A stretch of 52,348 bases of DNA from a virus (IMGVR_UViG_3300021197_001620:1-52348), one strand, 5' to 3'. Counted from the stretch's first letter, positions 1 through 9,224 are shown. Program-made: numbers and translations. The notes: generated by a model from the sequence alone, not told the origin.

Positions 1-44
1 TCTTCGCAATGTATGCAAGTTCGGTTGTTCATGGTGTCTCCATG

Positions 45-293
45 TTATAGGTAAGTTTGGATGATGTTAAGGTGATTTGGGTCTATTTCCTTGATGGAAT
101 AGACATGATAGATGCGATAGTCTCCATCGACTTGATAGCCACCACACCATTTGTCATGCGTGACTGTCTCCATGAAGAAGTCTGATAGCACTGCTTTGTC
201 TTCTGTTGGGTCTCCATCGAACGCAAAAAGTTGTCGGTCAAGATATTCATGTTCGCCATCTTGCGTCTTGGTTGTAAGAATGTAATGTTTCAT
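45..293 (-). CDS. hypothetical protein (82 aa)
   Basis: Start moved to ATG 293 (MKHYIL), which follows a GGAG SD and the promoter at 324-352. Confidence 0.7.
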   Translation of the reverse strand: MKHYILTTKTQDGEHEYLDRQLFAFDGDPTEDKAVLSDFFMETVTHDKWCGGYQVDGDYRIYHVYSIKEIDPNHLNIIQTYL

Positions 294-323
294 GTTGTCT
301 CCATGTTTTGTGGTTGTGTTTGT

Positions 324-352
324 AGTGTAACAAGGTGTGAATGGTTTGTCAA
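324..352 (-). promoter_or_regulatory. sigma70-type promoter
   Basis: TTGACA-N17-TACACT on the minus strand. Confidence 0.75.
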
Positions 353-546
353 ATATTTTTATCAAGTTTTTCAATAAAATCTTTATGGACTTCGCCACTA
401 ACGCCTGTTGTAAGCCATTTGACGAAGTACAAGTTGTCGTACAATAGATCATCGCATAGTATAATCCCGATCCTGTCGGTGATGTTGGGAACACCAGTCA
501 TCATTCTCCCATGTAGCGAGAGTTTTACAAGGTCTCCAGTTTTCAT
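349..546 (-). CDS. KOW/SH3-like microprotein
   Basis: MKTGDLV...GII...YFVKW pattern; ATGA overlap with the upstream ORF. Confidence 0.65.
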   Translation of the reverse strand: MKTGDLVKLSLHGRMMTGVPNITDRIGIILCDDLLYDNLYFVKWLTTGVSGEVHKDFIEKLDKNI

Positions 547-716
547 CCTAACACCTCCCATTGCCACGTTGCCTGTTGGACAATAGACCCGATTGGAGTG
601 TGGGATCGACTGTCAAGGATTACGATGCGAATGTCTTTGAACTTACTTACATCTGTTTCTATAATCATGCCTATCCATCCTGTCGATGCGCATTTTACTA
701 AGTCTCCGATTTTCAT
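543..716 (-). CDS. KOW/SH3-like microprotein (57 aa, not in ORF track)
   Basis: Hand translation MKIGDLVKCASTGWIGMII...WEVLG*; GGAG SD; ATGA overlaps on both sides. Confidence 0.7.
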   Translation of the reverse strand: MKIGDLVKCASTGWIGMIIETDVSKFKDIRIVILDSRSHTPIGSIVQQATWQWEVLG

Positions 717-904
717 GTTTGTCTCCTTTGGTAGCCGAGTTTTGCGAGAAAGTGTTTGTGAATGTCCTCATGTAAGTAATAGTGTCCATTGACACCTTGT
801 CTTTTTATCTTGATCCAACCCTCAACATCGACATTGACTATCTCATAAGTGCGTAGTTGACCATCCATCTTTATGACCCATGTCTTGCCTATCATCGGGT
901 TCAT
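713..904 (-). CDS. hypothetical small beta-rich protein
   Basis: ATGA-coupled ORF with GGAGG SD. Confidence 0.6.
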   Translation of the reverse strand: MNPMIGKTWVIKMDGQLRTYEIVNVDVEGWIKIKRQGVNGHYYLHEDIHKHFLAKLGYQRRQT

Positions 905-1077
905 TCGGCCTCCATAAGTAACTCAAGTTGTGAACTCGCAAAAGCCCACGAGCCTTGTGGGAACGTCACATTGCATAGTCCACTATGGTTAGCCGTTACT
1001 ATGCCTACCGAGCCTTTGGGTGGATTGTCATAGTCTTTAATGGTTCTGACTAGATCGCCTGCTTTTATTTTATTCAT
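901..1077 (-). CDS. KOW/SH3-like microprotein
   Basis: MNKIKAGDLV...GSVGIV; start at 1077 after a GGAG SD and the promoter at 1100-1128. Confidence 0.7.
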   Translation of the reverse strand: MNKIKAGDLVRTIKDYDNPPKGSVGIVTANHSGLCNVTFPQGSWAFASSQLELLMEAE

Positions 1078-1099
1078 GTTGTCTCCATTGTGTCTTCTT

Positions 1100-1128
1100 A
1101 ATGTAATCTGTTTTGATTGATCTGTCAA
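1100..1128 (-). promoter_or_regulatory. sigma70-type promoter
   Basis: TTGACA-N17-TACATT. Confidence 0.75.
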
Positions 1129-1208
1129 GTCATTTTGGAAACTTTTTTTTCAAGATGGTTTTGGAGTGGGAGTTTTTTTTGTTTATATAAAGGTATTGCG
1201 CGTGTGAA

Positions 1209-1603
1209 TAGTTATGTAAAGTATTTTGCTTTTCTACTCTTTCTTTCGCATAGTTATGTAAAGTATTTGGCGACTTTGACTTGACAAGTGGACATTTTTT
1301 GGCTATACTGTAATAGTGACGGACATTTTTTTGTCCATCATTTTTTTTGTTTCATTGACTTGAGTTATGTAAAGTATTTCTGATGACCGATTGGATCTAC
1401 AACATGACTTTGTCAGAGTTACAACCTACAACAACGGAGCAATCGGTCTTGATGAGCGATTTTTTATTTACATTCTCTTTCATAGTTATGTTAAGTTTTT
1501 TGATTCAAGTTGGAGACTGTCTCGAACTAATGGGCGAAGTACGCCTTTTGGTTTGGACAGTCTTTTTTTGTTTTCTTTCTTTCTATAGTTATGTAAAGTA
1601 TTT
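1209..1603 (+). repeat. five dispersed 18-bp direct repeats TAGTTATGTAAAGTATTT (iteron-like)
   Basis: Copies at 1209, 1251, 1362 (1 mismatch), 1483 (2 mismatches) and 1586, in a T-rich non-coding stretch. Confidence 0.9.
1281..1309 (+). promoter_or_regulatory. sigma70-type promoter on the plus strand
   Basis: TTGACA(1281)-N17-TATACT(1304). Confidence 0.7.
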
Positions 1604-1620
1604 TGGAACACCCACTAAAT

Positions 1621-1660
1621 CGTAGGCAAACCGACTTTTTCGTAGGCAAACCGACTTTTT
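1621..1660 (+). repeat. perfect 20-bp tandem duplication CGTAGGCAAACCGACTTTTT x2
   Basis: Read directly. Confidence 0.95.
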
Positions 1661-1662
1661 TA

Positions 1663-1962
1663 TCAAAAATCTGAGTCCGAATCTTCCTCAGCGAATCCAA
1701 ATAGTTTGTCCAAAGCTTCATAAAACTCAGCTCCCATAGAAACCACATCCATGTCTGGTCTAATATCTGGGTCAAAGTCCGGACACAACATAAAGTGCTG
1801 CTCAGGATCGAACACGACAAAGTGAAACTCGTCGGTTTCAATCGACTTACAATAAAAGAAACGATTGTGGCGAACGACTTGAGCTATCACATAGCCGTAG
1901 ACATGACCGCGTTCGGTTATTCCGACGAGATCGCCACGTTTAAAAATAAACTTGGATTCCAT
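1663..1962 (-). CDS. KOW/SH3-like protein with acidic tail
   Basis: MESKFIFKRGDLV...YGYVI; GGAGG SD before ATG 1962. Confidence 0.65.
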   Translation of the reverse strand: MESKFIFKRGDLVGITERGHVYGYVIAQVVRHNRFFYCKSIETDEFHFVVFDPEQHFMLCPDFDPDIRPDMDVVSMGAEFYEALDKLFGFAEEDSDSDF

Positions 1963-2191
1963 ACCGACCTCCAAGTGAAAAGTAGACATCCTCCCAATAC
2001 TGGATTAGTCCAATGCAGAATGTAAACTGTAGTAAAACCTCTTTGTCATTAGTTTTGTAGTACTCATATTCAAGATCGAGGCAGTAGTCCCACAACTCAA
2101 GGATGATGCCTTCAACAGTCTCGTGCACAGGAGATTCCTCAGTAGTAGAGGAGGGGGGTAGGGGGGTAGTAGGGTCTTTTGGATCTTTCAT
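1940..2191 (-). CDS. hypothetical protein
   Basis: ORF coupled within the operon. Confidence 0.5.
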   Translation of the reverse strand: MKDPKDPTTPLPPSSTTEESPVHETVEGIILELWDYCLDLEYEYYKTNDKEVLLQFTFCIGLIQYWEDVYFSLGGRYGIQVYF

Positions 2192-2409
2192 TTATCATCC
2201 AAGACTATAATCTTGCCTCTTGCAATTAGTCTTTTGAGAGACTCTTCTGTCATTATGCAAACATCACCATCGGCATACTTTATCTCATAGCTCGTTGTCC
2301 AATTGAACAAAGGTTCCTCTGTCCAAGTTCCTGACTTAATCTCGTTTGTGATTATGCCAAGCTTATCGCTATCAAGAATCATTAGTCCGACTTTAATCCG
2401 AGGTTTCAT
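2188..2409 (-). CDS. KOW/SH3-like microprotein
   Basis: IKVG..I....LGII...YEIKY.DG pattern. Confidence 0.6.
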   Translation of the reverse strand: MKPRIKVGLMILDSDKLGIITNEIKSGTWTEEPLFNWTTSYEIKYADGDVCIMTEESLKRLIARGKIIVLDDK

Positions 2410-3094
2410 CCATCAAAACTCCCAAAATGTATCTACGAGTGTAATTCAAAGTAGGTCCGACACGTACGATGTGAGGGATTAGAACTGGTAGTCCGGTTGG
2501 GGCATCGACAGACACTGCTGACAGTGCACCAACGACCTTTCCTTCTTTGTTAAACACAATTGAGCCAGAAGATCCAGGCCAAGCGAAATTGTTGATAAGT
2601 AAGAATTGACCGTCCATTCCAGAGACTCTTCCATGAAAATTAAGGAACAGTTGATTGTTTGGATTCCCACAGTAGAAAACCTCTTTGCCTATCTCGACAT
2701 ATTTAGAACTACGGTAGTCAATGGCCTCAGTGTACATGAGCTTTCTCTCTGGAACAATGATTGCGATATCTCTAAAGTAATCAATGTGTCTTACTTCTGC
2801 ACCATAGGTAAATCCACTGCGCTCTGTGATGAAGATCTGGTCGACCTTGTCAACAACATGAGCTGCGGTCATTATGAAGTGCTGATCTCGGATTTTGAAG
2901 TAGTTTCCAGACCCTGTTGACACACCACCACCTTCTGATGAAAAAGAATTAATTACAACTGCTGAAGTGTAGGCGTGTTTCATTCCTCTCTCCGCAAAGA
3001 AATAAAGTTCCTTGTGATAAGAAGAGTTAAACTCTATGTGGTTCGGCTGATCTGATGGTAGCATCAGGGCCAGCAACATTGCTAATCGTCCCAT
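2393..3094 (-). CDS. trypsin-like (S1) serine protease with hydrophobic N-terminus
   Basis: Catalytic triad motifs TAAHVV, DIAII, PGSSGS. Confidence 0.9.
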   Translation of the reverse strand: MGRLAMLLALMLPSDQPNHIEFNSSYHKELYFFAERGMKHAYTSAVVINSFSSEGGGVSTGSGNYFKIRDQHFIMTAAHVVDKVDQIFITERSGFTYGAEVRHIDYFRDIAIIVPERKLMYTEAIDYRSSKYVEIGKEVFYCGNPNNQLFLNFHGRVSGMDGQFLLINNFAWPGSSGSIVFNKEGKVVGALSAVSVDAPTGLPVLIPHIVRVGPTLNYTRRYILGVLMDETSD

Positions 3095-3145
3095 AATCTC
3101 GACCTCCTATAAGTAACTAGGGTCTAAAATTATGTAACGGTTGTG

Positions 3146-3766
3146 TTACAGTCGAATTTTTGCACCAAGCCACATTTCAGAGGCTGCTTCGCGAATATGT
3201 TTTTCTAAAAGATGATGTGGGATCTCCCACTTCAACGGCATTCGCTCTAGTCCGTAGTGAGTCATCTCTGTCTTTGTTCCGTCACGAGCAGTGCTTTGCA
3301 CATTTGTAACCTCTTGTTGTTTGATCCAGTTGACGGTCATTTCCTCTGTTGACAAGCCACTGTTTACAACTTGTAGCTGTGGATCATACATGGTCATGCG
3401 GACAGTTAGTTGGTTATCATCGACCGTTACGATAGTCTCAACAAAGAAGTGTTTGTTGTCAAATGCACACTTCATCGCATTTATGTTGTAGTTGCAGTCG
3501 TAGTAATACTTTATTGTCTTCTTGTTGTAGACTCGGACGTCTTCAAACTCCATAAGTACTGGTGAATAGGTTCCCCGTTCGTTGCGCACCTTGAACGATG
3601 TCGAATAAGCAGAGGATAAGGTGAAAGCGAACTCGCTGTCAATAACTTGCTCAATCTGTTGATTCTCTGTTCTATTCCAGACTCTAATGGGCGCAACGTA
3701 GAAGTCTAGGGTCTCCGCATGGGCAAGCCCGAGAAGGGCTATAAGGCTACTTACGATCATAATCAT
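3146..3766 (-). CDS. exported hypothetical protein
   Basis: Signal peptide ending LAHA/ET. Confidence 0.7.
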   Translation of the reverse strand: MIMIVSSLIALLGLAHAETLDFYVAPIRVWNRTENQQIEQVIDSEFAFTLSSAYSTSFKVRNERGTYSPVLMEFEDVRVYNKKTIKYYYDCNYNINAMKCAFDNKHFFVETIVTVDDNQLTVRMTMYDPQLQVVNSGLSTEEMTVNWIKQQEVTNVQSTARDGTKTEMTHYGLERMPLKWEIPHHLLEKHIREAASEMWLGAKIRL

Positions 3767-4118
3767 CCTCCAACCTCACAACATCGTCTAAGTGGTTTGT
3801 TGACACTTCAGTGAGAACGACGTTGGATCCACAAGTTGCAGAGAATCTGTGGATGGTGTTAGGTGTGATGTGATAGGTCTCACCTTCAGTGAGTTTGATG
3901 ACGGAAACACCTCTTCTTCCATGACCTGAAATGGTGATTTCTAAAGTCCCGGAAACTACAAGGATAGTCTCTTCTTTCTCTTCGTGATATTGAAGGCTTA
4001 GTTTGTGACCTTCGTTTATGTAGAGAAGTTTGCCAACATAGTATTCGGTCTCTGCCCAAATGACTTCCTTGCCCCATGGCTTGATCACTTCCCTCTTTCT
4101 ATTCAACATCTCTATCAT
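3747..4118 (-). CDS. cupin (mannose-6-phosphate isomerase type II-like)
   Basis: KPWG.E, LSLQYH..KEET and HRF motifs. Confidence 0.85.
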   Translation of the reverse strand: MIEMLNRKREVIKPWGKEVIWAETEYYVGKLLYINEGHKLSLQYHEEKEETILVVSGTLEITISGHGRRGVSVIKLTEGETYHITPNTIHRFSATCGSNVVLTEVSTNHLDDVVRLEDDYDRK

Positions 4119-4557
4119 TTTCGCTCCAACGGTATAATTTTAACGCATGCTCAAGTTCTCTTTCATATTCTTCCATCTCAATGATGTAGCCGTGTTCGGA
4201 CATGAAGTGGTAGCCAAGATACCAAGCAAGCGATTCGGAGAACATAATGTCCTTCGTGTCTCTAAATAGTGGGTCCATTCTATAAATGGCATGCCCAGTT
4301 TCATGAGTAAGATGAATTATTTTGTTGAATGTCGAGATCTTTTCTGACAACTCTATAATACCAAACAATTCCAACTCCTCGACTTCATTGTCAGGAGTTG
4401 GAATCCAATAAGAGATATCGTCGTAAGAATCTTCAATGTTAACATTGAAATCAGTCTCAACCAAATAGATCATTTCTGATAGTACTATCTTAAGGTGTTC
4501 CTCGCTCATGGAACTGTTTAAGTTGCGTGTATCCACCGATAAGTTTATCATCCACAC
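4099..4557 (-). CDS. HExxH metallopeptidase-like protein
   Basis: THETGH followed by E..AW..G (ImmA/IrrE-like pattern); start uncertain. Confidence 0.55.
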   Translation of the reverse strand: MWMINLSVDTRNLNSSMSEEHLKIVLSEMIYLVETDFNVNIEDSYDDISYWIPTPDNEVEELELFGIIELSEKISTFNKIIHLTHETGHAIYRMDPLFRDTKDIMFSESLAWYLGYHFMSEHGYIIEMEEYERELEHALKLYRWSENDRDVE

Positions 4558-4741
4558 CTTCCTCCTTAATTATTATAATTGGTACAGTCTTATGATTATA
4601 AATAGTTTTATAATAATTCAATAGCTCCGGTGAGTGGTCGACTGAACAGTATTCAAACTGCTCGCCTTGCTCAATGAGTAGGTTCTTAGCACGAATACAG
4701 AAAGGGCACTCGGACCAGCAAATAATTTTAAAATACTTCAT
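4490..4741 (-). CDS. glutaredoxin
   Basis: CPFC active site, TVP, IGGY. Confidence 0.9.
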   Translation of the reverse strand: MKYFKIICWSECPFCIRAKNLLIEQGEQFEYCSVDHSPELLNYYKTIYNHKTVPIIIIKEEGVDDKLIGGYTQLKQFHERGTP

Positions 4742-5010
4742 CAGCCTTTCAACACCTGTCTCTTGTTTAGCTTGCGTCTCAGCTCATCTGGTGAGCCAAC
4801 TACGACTATTGACCTTGCGCCTGCACCTTCCATAATTGTAATCCTGCTAAAGGTCGCTTCAGGGTTAATTCCCAAACCAATAGCCTCGTTAATCATTGGG
4901 TTTGTTGGCTCTCTCCGAATTGTGGTTACTGCATCTGGTGACACATGAATCTCGTCTAAATGAACTCTCGACCCTTCAGGCTTGAACACTTCGATTAATT
5001 TTATTAACAT
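4741..5010 (-). CDS. FlbD-like small protein
   Basis: Pattern MLIKL...IHVSPDAV..I....SRITI...IVV.GS. Confidence 0.45.
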   Translation of the reverse strand: MLIKLIEVFKPEGSRVHLDEIHVSPDAVTTIRREPTNPMINEAIGLGINPEATFSRITIMEGAGARSIVVVGSPDELRRKLNKRQVLKG

Positions 5011-5224
5011 TATTTCTCCTAAAATGTTTAATTTGTTTATTTTGAATTGCCCATTTCTGACCTTCGATCATCACAAAAGAATAGTCTCGATCATCAGTTG
5101 ATTGCTCAACAAATAATCCAATATTGGGCGACTCTATCACTCTAAAGTTTAATGGACTATTAGGTGTCGGTGATAGAATCATCGAACCCTGCGGTATCCA
5201 CAGTAGGTCTCCTGTCTGAAACAT
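4976..5224 (-). CDS. KOW/SH3-like microprotein
   Basis: MFQTGDLL...IGLF. Confidence 0.55.
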   Translation of the reverse strand: MFQTGDLLWIPQGSMILSPTPNSPLNFRVIESPNIGLFVEQSTDDRDYSFVMIEGQKWAIQNKQIKHFRRNNVNKINRSVQA

Positions 5225-5486
5225 GCTCTTCTCCTTTTATGTGTGTCAAATAGCCAACACTTATCATTTCAAGATCAGATAGTCTCTGGTCCATTTTTGC
5301 TAAGGTCTTACGCATCTTATCTATTAAAAACAGTGCCCCTTGCAAGTCTTCATCTGCAAGATGGCTCTCTATCATTTCCGTTTGTCTTTCTACGCTTCGT
5401 GCCTTTTCTGAGACATATGTATAAAGTTGATCTACTTCTTCTGGGACTTCACTGATGTCTGCCCCATAACTAATTTTAACTCTCAC
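5160..5486 (-). CDS. helical hypothetical protein
   Basis: GTG start with GGAGG SD; coiled-coil character. Confidence 0.65.
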   Translation of the reverse strand: MRVKISYGADISEVPEEVDQLYTYVSEKARSVERQTEMIESHLADEDLQGALFLIDKMRKTLAKMDQRLSDLEMISVGYLTHIKGEEHVSDRRPTVDTAGFDDSITDT

Positions 5487-5500
5487 TTTCCCTCCGAGTT

Positions 5501-5758
5501 TTATAATAATTCCATAATGGCTTTAGAGGCAAGTCCGACGAAACCTAGACCAACGGTCCAGATAACTCGAGACATGTTCTCCTGCCACTGTTCAAGGTCT
5601 CGAACACGAGCGTAGAGACCAGTCTCAGGATTGTAGATGGCTTCTTTGATCGATTTAACGTCATTGATCATCTCATCCTGCTTGCTATCCATGTGCTTAA
5701 TGTTAACTGTAAGTTCCATTAATGCTTTTTGAATTTCATTCATTTCGTTCTCACTCAT
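5501..5758 (-). CDS. coiled-coil protein with C-terminal TM helix (possible lysis/membrane protein)
   Basis: Heptads, then VIWTVGLGFVGLA; preceded by an ACTATTTA motif. Confidence 0.6.
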   Translation of the reverse strand: MSENEMNEIQKALMELTVNIKHMDSKQDEMINDVKSIKEAIYNPETGLYARVRDLEQWQENMSRVIWTVGLGFVGLASKAIMELL

Positions 5759-5790
5759 GTTCGTTCCCTCCGATATTTACGACATCATTG

Positions 5791-5798
5791 TAAATAGT
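5791..5798 (-). promoter_or_regulatory. putative late promoter ACTATTTA
   Basis: Intergenic copy of a motif that recurs about 20-50 nt upstream of start codons. Confidence 0.55.
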
Positions 5799-5799
5799 T

Positions 5800-7371
5800 T
5801 CAAACTTTCACAATGGCATGTGATGTCGTAAGTAGTGTGCCTGCTGCTGATGCAGCATTTTGCAAAGCACACCTTGTAACTTTCTTTGGATCGATAACGC
5901 CTTGTTCAAAAGCATTTGTCAATTTTCTATTAAGAAAGTCATAGCAAAAGTTATCATCCGAATTAACTATCTTCTCGACAATTAAGTCTTCTGATTCTCC
6001 AGCATTTTTAGCCATCGTTCGCAAAGGCGCCTCACAGGCTCTCAGAACGATTTTAGCACCAAGGGCTTGCTCTTCGTTGTCGGTGTCCACAGAAAGGCTT
6101 CTAGCTAGTCTGAGGAGCGTTACACCACCGCCAACGATGATGCCTTCTTCCTGTGCTGACCTGACTGCTTCCAAGGCATCATCAATACGATGCTTCTTCT
6201 CAATCATCTCAACTTCAGTTGCAGCACCAACTCTAATGACAGCGACTCCAGAGGCAAGACGAGTAATTCTTTCTTGAAGCCTCTCACACTCTTGGAGATT
6301 CTCTGTTTGCTGGATCTCATTCTTGATTGCAGCAATTTGCGTATCAATCTCTTCCCAATCACCTTTACCTCCAACGATGGTTGTCCATCCTTTTGTTACA
6401 TTAATTGACTTTGCTTGACCAAAGTTGTTTAGCTTTACTTCTCGCAAAGACAAGCCTTGTTCTCGAGAAACAAATGTTGCTCCAACTGATGCACAGAGGT
6501 CCTTGAGAATGTTGCGTCGCTCTTCTCCATATCGAGGAGCACGGACAGCAGCGATCTTCATCGTTCCTCGAACCGCGTTCGCAATAAGTGCAGCAAGTGC
6601 CTGACCTTCCACGTCAGATGCAACGATAAGTAAGGGTCTCGAATCTCTCGCAGCGATTTCCAACGTCGGCATAATCTGCTCGACGACTTCAATCTTCTCA
6701 TCTGTAACAAGAATAAGTGGGTTATCATAATCTACTGTTCCGTTTCGTTGGTTGTTTATAAATTGGCTAGAAAGGTAGCCAGAATCAAATCTAAAGCCTT
6801 CTATGAGATCAAGAGTGGTTTGCATGCTACGAGCCTCTTCGACGATTACAGAGCCATCCTTGCCCGCTTTGTCAACTGCTGTTGAGACAAGGGTTCCGAT
6901 TACCGAATCGTTGTTTGCTGAGATTGTTGCAATATGTTTGATATCGTCAACCGTCTCGATTGGTCTCGACAAAGTGTCAAGTTCATCAACGATTACATCA
7001 ACCGCCTTGTTGATGCCTCTTTGCAGCTCGACAGGAGAAACTCCAGATGTCAAGTAGCGTTGTCCTTCGGTCAAGATTGCCCTTGCGAGAACTGTGGATG
7101 TGGTTGTGCCATCGCCGGCTGTCTCCACTGTTTGTTTTGCCGCTTGCTTGATGACTTGCGCTCCAAGGTTTTGGAACGGCCCGTCAAGTTCGATAAAGTC
7201 AGCAATGGTCACTCCGTCCTTTGTGAGAACGGGAGTTCCTTGCTCTTTGTGGAACAACGCCACGGTTCTTCCTCGGGGTCCGAGAGTTGCCGCGACATTA
7301 TCCGCCAAAATGTTGACCCCCTCTACAATCTCTTGATTGAGAGAAGATCCTTGTTTGTAATGTTTTTGCAT
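5800..7371 (-). CDS. groEL: chaperonin GroEL
   Basis: TLGPRGR, TKDGVT, AGDGTTT, GGG and GVIDP motifs; lacks the GGM tail. Confidence 0.97.
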   Translation of the reverse strand: MQKHYKQGSSLNQEIVEGVNILADNVAATLGPRGRTVALFHKEQGTPVLTKDGVTIADFIELDGPFQNLGAQVIKQAAKQTVETAGDGTTTSTVLARAILTEGQRYLTSGVSPVELQRGINKAVDVIVDELDTLSRPIETVDDIKHIATISANNDSVIGTLVSTAVDKAGKDGSVIVEEARSMQTTLDLIEGFRFDSGYLSSQFINNQRNGTVDYDNPLILVTDEKIEVVEQIMPTLEIAARDSRPLLIVASDVEGQALAALIANAVRGTMKIAAVRAPRYGEERRNILKDLCASVGATFVSREQGLSLREVKLNNFGQAKSINVTKGWTTIVGGKGDWEEIDTQIAAIKNEIQQTENLQECERLQERITRLASGVAVIRVGAATEVEMIEKKHRIDDALEAVRSAQEEGIIVGGGVTLLRLARSLSVDTDNEEQALGAKIVLRACEAPLRTMAKNAGESEDLIVEKIVNSDDNFCYDFLNRKLTNAFEQGVIDPKKVTRCALQNAASAAGTLLTTSHAIVKV

Positions 7372-7402
7372 AAAGCCTCCAATGGTTATTTGTTATGTCT
7401 AT

Positions 7403-7431
7403 ATTATAACCGCTTTTGGAGGCTTTGTCAA
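7403..7431 (-). promoter_or_regulatory. sigma70-type promoter (groEL)
   Basis: TTGACA-N17-TATAAT, perfect consensus. Confidence 0.9.
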
Positions 7432-7432
7432 G

Positions 7433-9223
7433 TTATTTTTTAAAGTTTTCTTCGATTAATTTCTTGAGCATGGATTCAGTGACAGTTGCCGCTTTATCTT
7501 TCGCCCAAGTCTTGGACCAATTCATTTTCTTATATTCGTCTTGAGCAAAAGATTCAATGAAACCTCCAAGGTTTGACTTGATCTCATCATAGCCAGAAAT
7601 TAGAGAGTCTGCTGTTTTCATCTGATCTCGAACATTTGTAGATTGTGTGTAATTTACAGCTTCCACTTCAAGCTTTTTTGCATTTGAAAAAATTACTTTA
7701 GAAAGGTCAAGAGCTTCTGATGCTACATTCTCGTAAGATTTAGACAATAGAGAGTCCATTGTTCTTATTTGCTCTTGTTCGGCTAAGTCATCCACAACAG
7801 GGATTGTTCCAACTTTAAACAAGCCTCTGTTCAAAGCCATGGCTTTTCCTACTAAAAGATTTCCATCGTCATGTTGAAACACTTGAATTTTAGTTCTCTT
7901 TCCATTTTTATCGAGAAGATAGAAAACATCTTGATCATTTCTAGTAATTCTACTTACTCCGCAAATATAGACGGCTACGGATGATGTTTTTTGAGAGTCA
8001 TCTTTTATTCCACAAAAATAAAAAATTGTGTTAGCATCTGCCGTGTCTGCCCAAACGCCCTTACCATCCAATGATCGTTTTCCTATTTTTTGCTTTACCC
8101 CATCTAGACTAGAGTATAGCTTTTGAGAAGTAAAGATTTTCTGACTATCTGAATCATAAAGAAAGACATCACTAGCGCCTGCATCGCCTCCTACAACTTT
8201 GCCGGAAAATAGCATTGCTGAAAACGCTTCAAAAAACTTACCAGCTTCCATTGCTGATATCTCAGCAATTACCATGGAAAAGTATTTCAAAATCATACCA
8301 GCGGAAATTATCATTCCCGGATCTTTCTTTGCAATTGACTGAAGAGATTCGATAGCCTCAGAGTCTCCATTTGCAGAATCTTTGATCAAATTTGAAAATG
8401 AAATTAACTTTTTTGTTATTTGATCGGCTGTTTTTGCATCTGATTTAAATTTATTAAAAACAGATAAGGTAGCCGATGGGATTTTTCCAAATGTTCTGGA
8501 TGGTTCGAATGTGCTTTCTAGTGGCAAGTCTATGGAAGGAACGGTTACATCTGATTCATCAAAAGAGTTGAAGATTTTATTTAAATCAATAAGTTCATCA
8601 GCAGTGAGTGATTTATCTGCTGTCTTGTTTTTTAGCCATCTTTTAAATGCTGCTCTTACACTTTCAACTCTTTCATTGTCCCCAAGTGCTTGAGCTTCCT
8701 GTCTTGCAGCAATGAACATTAGAAGTGAGTGTTTTGGATTTTGTTTTAGGATTCTTTTGCCAAGAACTCGTTGGTCGACCATTAATTTGAATTTATGCCT
8801 CTTAGTACTGTTGCTTATGTCAGTTTTTGAAGGATTTGCAGGAAGAGCGGGAACATAAGTGTTATAATTTGATTTCTCATAAGCTTGTAGAATTTTGCTT
8901 TGAACTTCTGCTTGGTGTTTGGAGTAATAATAAATTTTTAATGCAGACTCAGCTCTCTTTACGTTCTCATCGGAGCTCCAGTCAGTTTCGTTAAAAACCG
9001 CCTCAAAATCCACTTTATCTAATTCATTGGCTTCTGGCTGTTGCGATGCGATTGATTTTATCGTTGCCATGGGAGTTGATGAGCGACCGCCATGAGGGAT
9101 TCCTAATTCATCTTTCACAGCATTGTCATCTTTAGTTTCAATGTCGGTAACTGGTAAGCCCTTTTCATTTAAAACCTGCTCAACCAAACCTTTCAACATT
9201 GATTCTGTTATCTTTTTGCTCAT
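7433..9223 (-). CDS. tagged protein with a putative PD-(D/E)xK nuclease-like domain
   Basis: N-terminal KITESMLKGLVEQ is repeated at the C-terminus as VTESMLKKLIEE; internal G.FFE.F....G.....SD......SQKL. Confidence 0.55.
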   Translation of the reverse strand: MSKKITESMLKGLVEQVLNEKGLPVTDIETKDDNAVKDELGIPHGGRSSTPMATIKSIASQQPEANELDKVDFEAVFNETDWSSDENVKRAESALKIYYYSKHQAEVQSKILQAYEKSNYNTYVPALPANPSKTDISNSTKRHKFKLMVDQRVLGKRILKQNPKHSLLMFIAARQEAQALGDNERVESVRAAFKRWLKNKTADKSLTADELIDLNKIFNSFDESDVTVPSIDLPLESTFEPSRTFGKIPSATLSVFNKFKSDAKTADQITKKLISFSNLIKDSANGDSEAIESLQSIAKKDPGMIISAGMILKYFSMVIAEISAMEAGKFFEAFSAMLFSGKVVGGDAGASDVFLYDSDSQKIFTSQKLYSSLDGVKQKIGKRSLDGKGVWADTADANTIFYFCGIKDDSQKTSSVAVYICGVSRITRNDQDVFYLLDKNGKRTKIQVFQHDDGNLLVGKAMALNRGLFKVGTIPVVDDLAEQEQIRTMDSLLSKSYENVASEALDLSKVIFSNAKKLEVEAVNYTQSTNVRDQMKTADSLISGYDEIKSNLGGFIESFAQDEYKKMNWSKTWAKDKAATVTESMLKKLIEENFKK

Positions 9224-9224
9224 T

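Noticed and set aside
1209-1603. CRISPR mini-array
   Set aside because: Repeats are only 18 bp, non-palindromic and irregularly spaced (42-121 nt); no cas genes in the window
1383-1841. ORFs 1383-1625 (+), 1391-1588 (+) and 1527-1841 (-) as genes
   Set aside because: They run through repeats and T-runs, lack clear SDs, or overlap a better gene
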